A stretch of DNA of 64,000 bases from an uncultured Phycisphaerales bacterium (GTDB taxonomy: Bacteria; Planctomycetota; Phycisphaerae; Sedimentisphaerales; Anaerobacaceae): the NCBI GenBank assembly GCA_963772725.1, contig CAVYYI010000004.1, forward strand, positions 288,001-352,000, in the 5' to 3' direction. Below are positions 30,918 through 39,063 of this stretch, piece by piece. The position numbers and the translations under genes are program-made. The notes below the pieces were generated by a model, which was not told the origin of the DNA, searched no databases, and was given only the letters and a program-made list of their open reading frames with translations. How positions within the stretch are numbered: position 1 is the stretch's first letter; the number at the start of each line of letters is the position of its first letter.

Positions 30918-31322
30918 ATGCCCCATAGGTTTGAGAATTGCCTGGAATTTAAATTTTCTCGAAGCAAAGGGCCCGGCGGACAGAATGTTAATAAGGTTAA
31001 TACAAAGGTTACGGTTCTTTTTCGGCCTGTGGACTGCGGAGTTTTTTCACAGGAACAGAAAGAGTGGATAATAAAGAGGCTGGCAGGCAGAATTGATAAA
31101 GAGGGAGTTTTAAGAGTAGCTTCGCAGGAGTATCGTACACAAAGCCAAAATCGAAAAGCGGCCATTGGGCGGTTAGTTGAGTTGCTTTGCTGGGCGTTGG
31201 AAAAACGGAAAGTACGGAAAAAGACAAAAACGCCTTATGGGGCTAAAGAGAAGCGATTGCAAGCCAAGAAACGCCACGGTTTGCTGAAAAAGGAAAGAGC
31301 TGCCAGAGTTATTGAAGACTAA
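30918..31322 (+). CDS. arfB: Alternative ribosome rescue peptidyl-tRNA hydrolase ArfB (YaeJ)
   Basis: FSRSKGPGGQNVNKV, RTQSQNRKAA, basic C-terminal tail; likely start ATG 30918. Confidence 0.92.
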   Translation: MPHRFENCLEFKFSRSKGPGGQNVNKVNTKVTVLFRPVDCGVFSQEQKEWIIKRLAGRIDKEGVLRVASQEYRTQSQNRKAAIGRLVELLCWALEKRKVRKKTKTPYGAKEKRLQAKKRHGLLKKERAARVIED

Positions 31323-31435
31323 CCCGCATATTTCATTAAACGCAAAGAAAAGGCAACCATGAAGACACAAAAACACGAGGAATTTACCCGCAAAGGCGCC
31401 AAGAGGCAAAGAAAAAAAATATAAATCATGTCTAT

Positions 31436-31596
31436 GGGTGCATCTGCCGTTTGTAGGTAAATCCATTTTTTGTCATTGTGAGCGAAGCGAAGCAATCTCA
31501 TAGCCCAATCAGCATAATAGATTGCCACGGCCTGCTTCGCAGGCCTCGCAATGACAATGGGGTGTCTATTTCTACCTACAAACGGCAGATGCACCC
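31436..31596. mobile_element. Non-autonomous MITE, 161 bp
   Basis: Perfect 24-bp TIR GGGTGCATCTGCCGTTTGTAGGTA; 9-bp direct repeat CATGTCTAT at 31427-31435 and 31597-31605. Confidence 0.88.
31471..31556. repeat. REP-like palindromic element inside the MITE
   Basis: TGTCATTGTGAGCGAAGCGAAGCAATCT ... AGATTGCCACGGCCTGCTTCGCAGGCCTCGCAATGACA. Confidence 0.75.
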
Positions 31597-31766
31597 CATG
31601 TCTATCCTGTTATCCTGTCTCAAAATCTTAGCGTCTTTGCGCCTTGGCGGGAAAGAAAATAGCAGGTTAAAAATAGAGCTGGTTTTTGGATTGATAATAT
31701 GCGTGGGATTATTTATTATCTTGGTACTATTGAATTAAATAAACAGGAATAATTTGAGGCTGACAA

Positions 31767-33044
31767 ATGAACGTATTACTGGTAGGCAGCGGCGGACGCG
31801 AACACACAATCGCGTGGAAACTGGCGCAATCGAAAAATATCGACAAGCTGTATATTGCACCGGGTAATCCTGGGACGGCTAAGTGCGGGAAGAATGTCGA
31901 TATAAAGGCGACTGATATTGACAAGCTGGTGAATTTCGCGAAGGAAAACAAAATTGGACTTGTTGTGGTTGGGCCGGAAGACCCTTTGGCCAACGGTCTT
32001 GTCGATGCGGTCGAAAAGGCGGGGATAAAGGCGTTTGGGCCAAGTGGCGTCGCGGCGCAGCTCGAAGCGGATAAGGCGTTTGCCAAGCAGATGATGCGAG
32101 CAAGCGCGATATCGACGGCTGAGGGGCAAGTCTTTGACAGGTTCAGTGACGCCAAAGCGTATATCGCCAGCAGGGATGAGGCGGTGGTTATAAAGGCCGC
32201 GGGGCTGGCGATGGGTAAGGGCGTATTTGTGTGTGATGACCCGGCGGACGGGATTCTGGCGGCGGAAAAGATAATGGTCAATAGAATTTTCGGCGAGGCA
32301 GGCAGCAAAATCGTTGTTGAGGATAAGCTTCTCGGCGAGGAGGCTTCGATACTGGCTTTTGTTGACGGTCATAATATTTATATGATGGAATCTTCGCAGG
32401 ACCACAAGGCAATCGGCGATGGGGACACCGGCCCTAATACCGGCGGGATGGGTGCTTACAGCCCGGCGCCGGTGGTAACGGATGCGCTTACCAATCAAAT
32501 CAGCAGGGAGATACTTGTACCTATTGTGGATGGAATGAATCGTAATGGCACGCCGTACAAGGGTGTGCTGTATGCGGGTGTAATGGTAACGGCGGGTGGG
32601 CCGCGAGTCCTTGAGTTTAATGTCAGGTTCGGCGACCCGGAGACACAGCCGATATTGATGAGGCTTAAAAGTGATTTGCTTGAAGTGATGCTGGCGGTCT
32701 GCGATGAGAAGCTCGATGAGGTAATGCTGAAATGGGACCCGCGGCCGGCGGTATGTGTGGTGATGGCTTCGGGTGGTTATCCCGGCGAGTATCAGAAGGG
32801 CAAAAAAATAACCGGAATCGAAGATGCGGAAAAACTCGATAGTGTCAAAGTTTTTCACGCAGGGACGGCTATGAAAGACGGCGACCTCGTTACCGCGGGC
32901 GGAAGAGTTCTCGGCGTAACAGCTATGGGCGATACAATCGCAGACGCCAAGAAGAGAGCCTACGAAGCGGTTGAAAAAATCAAGTTTGAAGGCGCTTATT
33001 ACCGCAGAGACATCGCCGATAAGGCGATTCGCAAGCAAAAATAG
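31767..33044 (+). CDS. purD: Phosphoribosylamine-glycine ligase
   Basis: GSGGREH, VVGPEDPL, GPNTGGMGAYSP, EFNVRFGDPETQ, YYRRDIA. Confidence 0.97.
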   Translation: MNVLLVGSGGREHTIAWKLAQSKNIDKLYIAPGNPGTAKCGKNVDIKATDIDKLVNFAKENKIGLVVVGPEDPLANGLVDAVEKAGIKAFGPSGVAAQLEADKAFAKQMMRASAISTAEGQVFDRFSDAKAYIASRDEAVVIKAAGLAMGKGVFVCDDPADGILAAEKIMVNRIFGEAGSKIVVEDKLLGEEASILAFVDGHNIYMMESSQDHKAIGDGDTGPNTGGMGAYSPAPVVTDALTNQISREILVPIVDGMNRNGTPYKGVLYAGVMVTAGGPRVLEFNVRFGDPETQPILMRLKSDLLEVMLAVCDEKLDEVMLKWDPRPAVCVVMASGGYPGEYQKGKKITGIEDAEKLDSVKVFHAGTAMKDGDLVTAGGRVLGVTAMGDTIADAKKRAYEAVEKIKFEGAYYRRDIADKAIRKQK

Positions 33045-33122
33045 TGGTTATCTTGTTGCAGAAAGCAGGGAAAACATAATTATTTTGAGTATAGAGGCTG
33101 TTGCATAAATATCTGCTCTTTA

Positions 33123-34133
33123 ACCTGAACTTTGTTTAAGCTGTGATGCAAAGAAATTCTCTGGGCTGGTAGCTGACGTTTTCGATTTTGAGGCGCAGGC
33201 TTTTTCGGCAGTCTCGTATAGGCTACAAGACCGGCTATCAAATGTGCCAGAAAGTTGATCGGGCTGCGGTGACGTGAATGTTCGATCTGACAGACATTTT
33301 TGAGTGTGTCATTGACCGTTTCAATCAATGAACGCTTTCGCAGCAGGATTTTATCCTCCAACTCCATCAAACGGCATTTCATATTTGTGCGCATATTGGT
33401 TACCAGCTTAATTCCCTTGGCAAACAGTTTTTCAAACAGGCTCTGGCTGATGTAACCCTTGTCGCCAAATAGCTTTCCGAACAGGCCGTCGGCCATTGTC
33501 TCCACCGTGCTGCGATCATCGACATTACCTGCTGTCAGGCGGCAGCCCAATAAACCGCCGCGGTCATTAATGATCAGATGCAATTTAAAGCCAAAAAACC
33601 AGCCCATCGTTGTTTTACCTATTTGAGCAAGCCCGTCGAAAACACGGTTGCGGCTGATGCGTTTATTATGACAGACTTTAAGTGCGGTGCTGTCAATAAA
33701 AGAAATACCCGTGGGCTCATCCATGCCATCGGTTTGCAAATATACAAGCAGCGGGATTATTGCCCTTGGTATCAGATAAACAAAGCGGTCGTAGCTGACC
33801 ATATCGGGAAAATCATGGCGGTGATGGGCAAGAAGGTAGTGATAGAAATCCTTGAAAGTGCGATAGCCGCTGGTTTGGAAGGCAATAAGAATAGTCATGA
33901 TCTCGCTGGTACTTAAGTTGCCTTGCCTGTTGCGTTTACGCGTTCCATCTTCTATGAGGTGCTTTACATACATTTTTTCAAAAGCTTTCCAACAATCATC
34001 GACATTCACAAATAATGTGGTAAAATCCGCTGTCATACGGCCTCCTTGCCTGCTTGGTTAATAATATTTACAAAACTATTATTTCCATCGGCAGGTTGGC
34101 CGTTTTTCTTGTATCCTTATCCAAAGTTCAGGT
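33123..34133 (-). mobile_element. IS982-family insertion sequence (copy A)
   Basis: TIRs ACCTGAACTTTG(TT/GA)TAAG; flanking direct repeat CTTTA (TCTTTAA if the terminal base pair is counted as target). Confidence 0.9.
33136..34036 (-). CDS. IS982-family transposase; apparent +1 indel near 33195
   Basis: FIDSTALKVCHNKRI, GKTTMGWFFGFKLHL, GDKGYIS, RKRSLIETVND, IEHSRHRS. Removing one base gives a stop at 33136, 13 nt inside the element end, as in copy B. Confidence 0.93.
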
Positions 34134-34164
34134 CTTTAACAAGTGATATAATTTAACCAATTAT

Positions 34165-34197
34165 AAAAAAAGGGCTGTGAATGAATCACAGCCCTTT
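34165..34197 (-). terminator. Intrinsic terminator of the PEP-CTERM gene
   Basis: AAAGGGCTGTGA-ATGAA-TCACAGCCCTTT with a T-run on the minus strand. Confidence 0.8.
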
Positions 34198-34229
34198 AAT
34201 GTTTACTATTGCTAACGTAGCTTTGATAT

Positions 34230-35024
34230 TTATGCTCTGCGTTTTCTCAGTAGTACTAACGCACCAAGACTAAGCATACAAATCGTCGCTGGCTCTGGAA
34301 CCTTTACTTCAAAACGGCTTGTGCCGCTTGCTGAATCTGCCGCTGACAAAGTGAAGTTGAACTGAGACTGAATACTTGAAACGCTGCCGGGAATTGTTTC
34401 CCATGTACCACTCGCTAACGGCTTGCGTTCGCTGCTGGTGGCAGTATTATCCAATTCGACGCTGAAGCTGTTGGATAGATAGCCAAATAATGATGAACCA
34501 TTGTAAATCGCCTTATAACTCTTGCCGGGCGAATAGAGGCCTGTAACAGCCGCTCCGTCGCCATCGCCGGTTAATGTTAAACCAGCGGAGGCGTACGCAA
34601 GAGGATTATTCAATGTCGCAAAGGATACAACAGAGGAATTAAGCAGAAATGTTGTATCAGCACTGCCGGCGCTAACGGCAAAATTGAGCCGGACATACGG
34701 ATCGAAATCGACAAGCAGATCTAAGCTGTCAATAGTTGCCACAACAGTACTTCCATTCATAATCTCGTATCCAGTCAACGACCACTTATAAAATGGCAAT
34801 TGTGTTACTGGATCGAGGCCTGTCGTCCAATCATCTGCGAGAATCTGAATATCGAACGGCACTGTCGTACTGCCAACTACAACGCTGCCATTCACTGATG
34901 TATTTGTACCGGGATACTTTGGCAAGTGATTGTTCGCATCATCAGTACCCCATACAGAATAAGGCGACGCCACTGTAAAACACACAAAAGAAATGATTGA
35001 TAAAACTAATTTAACTTGCTTCAT
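34230..35024 (-). CDS. PEP-CTERM sorting-domain surface protein
   Basis: Signal peptide, Ser/Thr-rich body, C-terminal VPEPATICMLSLGALVLLRKRRA; RBS GGAGGAG before ATG 35024. Confidence 0.92.
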   Translation of the reverse strand: MKQVKLVLSIISFVCFTVASPYSVWGTDDANNHLPKYPGTNTSVNGSVVVGSTTVPFDIQILADDWTTGLDPVTQLPFYKWSLTGYEIMNGSTVVATIDSLDLLVDFDPYVRLNFAVSAGSADTTFLLNSSVVSFATLNNPLAYASAGLTLTGDGDGAAVTGLYSPGKSYKAIYNGSSLFGYLSNSFSVELDNTATSSERKPLASGTWETIPGSVSSIQSQFNFTLSAADSASGTSRFEVKVPEPATICMLSLGALVLLRKRRA

Positions 35025-35114
35025 TTTCTTCTCCTCCAATATTTGTATATTCTTCTTGACCTTTCTCCCTTATCTTTTCTTTCAAGTACTACATAGACTT
35101 ACTTGAGTATCGCT

Positions 35115-35143
35115 ATTCTACTCACCATGATGCTATATGTCAA
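35115..35143 (-). promoter_or_regulatory. Putative sigma70 promoter of the PEP-CTERM gene
   Basis: TTGACA-N17-TAGAAT on the minus strand. Confidence 0.6.
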
Positions 35144-35304
35144 ATAAAAAATTACAAAAAATTTTAATTTTTTGTAATTTTTCTTAACTTTTCCAGACGA
35201 TCGTTGTTTTTAGCCCAAAAACAACGTAATATTTGGAAAAAACACGGTTTTGCCTTTGGAGTATGAACCCTCTCCCATCCCCTTAGTAGCGTAGTGGAAT
35301 TAGA

Positions 35305-36672
35305 TTACCGGTTGTGTTTATGTTTAGCGATACCCGCAGAGGGTGTTCCAAAGCCTAAGGAAAATCTCGGGTCGAAGAAAAATCTCTCAACCGCGTTTAA
35401 TTTGTTTTTGAATGGCCATTCCTCGCGAATTAACTGGAAAAGCATTGAGGCGAAAAGGCAGATAATTGAGGCGAGGATGAAGACGCCGTGAAGCTGGTGG
35501 TCGGAGAATCTCGGCAGGTAAGGGCCGACAACGCCGCCCAGTAGTGATCCCAGTGCCATACAGGGCAGGTTTATGGCATAGAGATATGAGATGCTGGAGA
35601 CGCGGTTTGTTGGGCCAAGCGCACCCATGATGTAATTAAAGGTCGCCATCAGAAAACCACCCAGTGCGATTCCGCTGATAGCCTGAGTTATCATCAGCAG
35701 CCAGTAATTGTCAGTTACGACCCACAAAAGTCCAGGCATTGCGAGCATGATTGCTGAGAGCCGAACAGGTATGATATAACCGAAGCGGTCGCATATTCTG
35801 CCCCATGGCCCGGTGGCAAGAGCGGTCATTAGAATTGGCATAAGATAAAGCACGATATATTTACTGTAGCTGAGATGCAGGTCGTTGAGCATATAAATAG
35901 TGTAGAACGGCGAACTGAGATATATTCCAAGATTCATCAGCGACAGGCCTACGACGAATTTACCGAAAGAGGTGGTGAAATGCTCTTTGGCGAACTGGAG
36001 GAAGCCGGGTTCATTTCGCCGGGGCCGATTTATTATCGGCGGCTCGTGATAGTACAGCAGGCAGATGCTTGAGGCTGTCCTGGTTATAAAGCACAGTACC
36101 CAGATGCCGGTAAAGACAAGTATGGTTTTCGAGGTTATATGGTCGAGTGTATGAGCAGCGACAACGGCGATGATAAGTTGAGTAATAGTTATTATTCTGT
36201 TTCGCAGGGCGAAGTATTTGCCTCTTCTTCGGCGGGGGACGATATAGCTCATCCAGTCTATCCACGCTGAAATTGTGGACCCCCAGGCGATGAACGCGAT
36301 AGTCATGGCGGCGATGGAAGGCCAGATCGGATGCCCGGGAACGATATAATACACAAGGGCGAAAGGGACGAAAAATAAACCATGAAGTAATGAGCCGACG
36401 GTAACAATCATTTTGTAACCTTTGAGGCGGGCGAGCAAAGGAGGCGTAAGAAACTGGAAGAGGCCGGCTGCGAGTGTCGGCAGGCAAACACCGATGCCAA
36501 TTTGCAGGGGGGTTGCGCCCATCGCGTTAAGGTATGGAACATAAAAGGCCTGCTGCAGGCTGAAGATAAAAACAGCAAACGTACCCTCGACAACGGAGAC
36601 GCGCATTGTTTTATCTCTCAGTCTTCGCTCATCGTAAGCTGAATATCTGGTATTTATCTGGTTTGCAGGCAT
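35305..36672 (-). CDS. MFS transporter
   Basis: About 12 hydrophobic helices; WGRICDRFG motif A-like loop. Confidence 0.85.
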   Translation of the reverse strand: MPANQINTRYSAYDERRLRDKTMRVSVVEGTFAVFIFSLQQAFYVPYLNAMGATPLQIGIGVCLPTLAAGLFQFLTPPLLARLKGYKMIVTVGSLLHGLFFVPFALVYYIVPGHPIWPSIAAMTIAFIAWGSTISAWIDWMSYIVPRRRRGKYFALRNRIITITQLIIAVVAAHTLDHITSKTILVFTGIWVLCFITRTASSICLLYYHEPPIINRPRRNEPGFLQFAKEHFTTSFGKFVVGLSLMNLGIYLSSPFYTIYMLNDLHLSYSKYIVLYLMPILMTALATGPWGRICDRFGYIIPVRLSAIMLAMPGLLWVVTDNYWLLMITQAISGIALGGFLMATFNYIMGALGPTNRVSSISYLYAINLPCMALGSLLGGVVGPYLPRFSDHQLHGVFILASIICLFASMLFQLIREEWPFKNKLNAVERFFFDPRFSLGFGTPSAGIAKHKHNR

Positions 36673-36736
36673 TGTAATGTTATACTCAGAATTGCCGCAG
36701 ATGCAATAGGGGTTTGCTCTAAATTTTGTTCGGACA

Positions 36737-37450
36737 TTATTTATACAGGCTCAGTTTTAGTTTAGTAACTGTCTGGTGGGCGATACGGGCCGGTTCAGGC
36801 AGGCGATAGCGGGTTGCGAAATACAGCACCCATTTTATCGCGTCGTTGAGGGTGCATAAATTTCCCGGTGAAATGAAAACGGGTTTTATTCTGTTCCTTG
36901 TTCTTACAACCGCGCCGATAATTTCATTTTTATCTTTCAGAATGCTGTATGCGCCTTTTGAGGCGGCGGGTTCTTCGAAGTCACCGATTAGCCTGCTTTT
37001 TGCGCAGCCGATAGTTGGTTTATTAAAGAACAGCCCCAAATGGGCGGCGATGCCGAGTCTGCGTGGATGCGCGATACCCTGGCCGTCGATTATGAATATG
37101 TCCGGCGTAATACAGAGTTTTTTGGCAGCGGCAAGACACGCGGGGGCTTCGCGAAACGAGAGCAGTCCCGGAATATAGGGGAATGTAATTTTTTGAATGG
37201 CGGTTGCGGTTTCGACCAGTTCGAGTGTTGATATGTCCAGGACGACAGCGGCAGCGACAATTTTTTTGCCGTCTTTGCTGAATGTGCAATCGAGACCAGC
37301 GACAAATTTTGGTGTGGTTTTTATCGGGGTGAATTTAACTTTGCCGGCGAGCTGTCTTTGTAAGTCGGCTGCCTGCATATAGGTGAGGTTCCACTTGTGC
37401 AGATTTTTAATTATCCATTTGCCGGAATTTTTTTGCATAGCAACAAACAT
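36737..37450 (-). CDS. nfi: Endonuclease V (deoxyinosine 3' endonuclease)
   Basis: VAGLD, FPYIPGLLSFREAP, IDGQGIAHPRRLGIAAH, GCAKSRL, YRLPEP; start may instead be ATG 37438. Confidence 0.95.
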   Translation of the reverse strand: MFVAMQKNSGKWIIKNLHKWNLTYMQAADLQRQLAGKVKFTPIKTTPKFVAGLDCTFSKDGKKIVAAAVVLDISTLELVETATAIQKITFPYIPGLLSFREAPACLAAAKKLCITPDIFIIDGQGIAHPRRLGIAAHLGLFFNKPTIGCAKSRLIGDFEEPAASKGAYSILKDKNEIIGAVVRTRNRIKPVFISPGNLCTLNDAIKWVLYFATRYRLPEPARIAHQTVTKLKLSLYK

Positions 37451-37485
37451 TTTATCTTGTCGGTGCGGTATGTTACAATCATATT

Positions 37486-38739
37486 ATGGCAAATACGACT
37501 AAGTTTGATGTTATAGTTACAGGTGCCGGGCCTGCGGGTCTTATGGCGGCGATACAGGCGGGCAGAGCAGGGAGCAGGACGCTGCTTTTCGAAAAGAAAA
37601 ATCTGCCGGGGCGGAAATTGCTGATAACCGGCAACGGCAGGTGCAATTTTACCAATATGAAGCCGCTGCGTGAGTTTCTTGAATCATTCCGGCCTAACGG
37701 GCGGTTTCTTCGTTACACGTTTTCGCAGTTCTTTGCGCCTGAGCTTCTTGCCTTTTTTGAAGAACTTGGCGTGACTGCAGTTGTTGAGCAGGAGCGAAAA
37801 GTTTATCCTAAAAGCGGCAAGGCTAAGGACGTGCTTGAAGCGATGCTGAGGGCGATGGATAAAGCCGGCGTCGAATTACGTGTTGATTGTGCGATTGATA
37901 AACTGCTCACGCAAGGGGGGAAGATTGCCGGCGTGGAATTGCTATCGAAGAAGGTTCTTGATACTGATAATGTGATAATAGCGACAGGGGGGCTTTCGTA
38001 TCCGGCGACAGGCGCAACAGGGGATGGTTATCGGTTGGCAAAAGCGGCGGGGCATACAATTGTACCTACGGTGCCGAGTCTTGTGCCGCTGGTAACAGCG
38101 GGCGAAATCGCTCAGCGGCTTCAGGGTACCAGCCTGAGCGATGTCGGGATTAATCTGTGGGTTAACGGCAAAAAGTGTGCTTGTATTCGCGGCGAAATGC
38201 TGTTCACGCATTTCGGGCTTTCCGGGCCTGCGATATTTTCTCTGAGCAGAGATGCCGTTGGTGAACTCAATAATGCAAGTAAAGTGGCGGTTTCCATTGA
38301 TTTTAAGCCGGACATAGATAATAGTGAGCTTGATAAACTGCTGGTTACTGATTTTGGGCTGCGCAGCAAACAGCAGTTGAGTACTTACCTCAAAAGTTTT
38401 TTATCAAGAAGGCTGATTGATGTTTGCGCTGAATTAACGCGGATAGATGTGGAAAGGCTTTGTAACCAGGTCACATCGGAGGAACGCAGAAGATTGAGGA
38501 TGTGGCTGAAGGATTTTCGCTTTGATATAACGGGCCACCGGTCATTTAATGAGGCTATTATAACAGCCGGCGGTGTCGATACGAAAGAGGTCAATCCGCG
38601 AACGATGGAGTCGCGTATTGTTAAGGGGCTGTATTTCGCGGGGGAGGTACTGAATATTGATGGGGATACGGGCGGGTATAATCTGCAAGCGGCTTTTTCA
38701 ACGGGTTTTATAGCGGGGCAATGCGCCGCTGAGAAATAA
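37486..38739 (+). CDS. NAD(P)/FAD-dependent oxidoreductase, HI0933/BaiN/YhiN family
   Basis: GAGPAGLMAA, GRKLLITGNGRCNFTN, ATGGLSYP, GDTGGYNLQAAFSTG. Confidence 0.93.
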   Translation: MANTTKFDVIVTGAGPAGLMAAIQAGRAGSRTLLFEKKNLPGRKLLITGNGRCNFTNMKPLREFLESFRPNGRFLRYTFSQFFAPELLAFFEELGVTAVVEQERKVYPKSGKAKDVLEAMLRAMDKAGVELRVDCAIDKLLTQGGKIAGVELLSKKVLDTDNVIIATGGLSYPATGATGDGYRLAKAAGHTIVPTVPSLVPLVTAGEIAQRLQGTSLSDVGINLWVNGKKCACIRGEMLFTHFGLSGPAIFSLSRDAVGELNNASKVAVSIDFKPDIDNSELDKLLVTDFGLRSKQQLSTYLKSFLSRRLIDVCAELTRIDVERLCNQVTSEERRRLRMWLKDFRFDITGHRSFNEAIITAGGVDTKEVNPRTMESRIVKGLYFAGEVLNIDGDTGGYNLQAAFSTGFIAGQCAAEK

Positions 38740-38846
38740 TCCGATTACCTAAATCAAAACAGATAGCTCTGTTGCCGCTAATATTCTTGCAAAATTGGCG
38801 TCTTGAGGGTAAAGTAATCGTGGTTTATCGAAATGTTTTCTAACAC

Positions 38847-38936
38847 GGAGAGGTGTCGGAGCGGCTGATCGAGCCGGTTTCGAAAACCGGTGTGCTCTTT
38901 ATTAGAGTACCGCGGGTTCGAATCCCGCCCTCTCCG
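38847..38936 (+). tRNA. tRNA-Ser (anticodon CGA)
   Basis: GGAGAGG acceptor stem, anticodon arm CCGGT-TTCGAAA-ACCGG, long variable arm, GGTTCGAATCC T-arm; CCA not encoded. Confidence 0.96.
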
Positions 38937-39063
38937 TTGATTTTTGGGGTATCTTTTGTAAGCACTTGAATTTGCGATGGTTGCAGAATCGCTTTTGGGA
39001 GTTGCGGCCGGCCATCCTGATATTATAATATTTTTACTCTTGAATGTATCCATTAACCCCATT

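Larger units (their letters stand above)
31387..31651. repeat. Outer degenerate inverted-repeat pair enclosing the MITE
   Basis: CCCGCAAAGGCGCCAAGAGGCAAAG (31387-31411) and CTTAGCGTCTTTGCGCCTTGGCGGG (31627-31651); related copy at 26591-26615. Confidence 0.6.

Noticed and set aside
31319..31738. ORFs of 86-91 aa between arfB and purD
   Set aside because: They are translations of the MITE and palindromic repeats
31776..33038. 420-aa ORF antisense to purD
   Set aside because: Codon-register shadow of purD with no protein-like motifs
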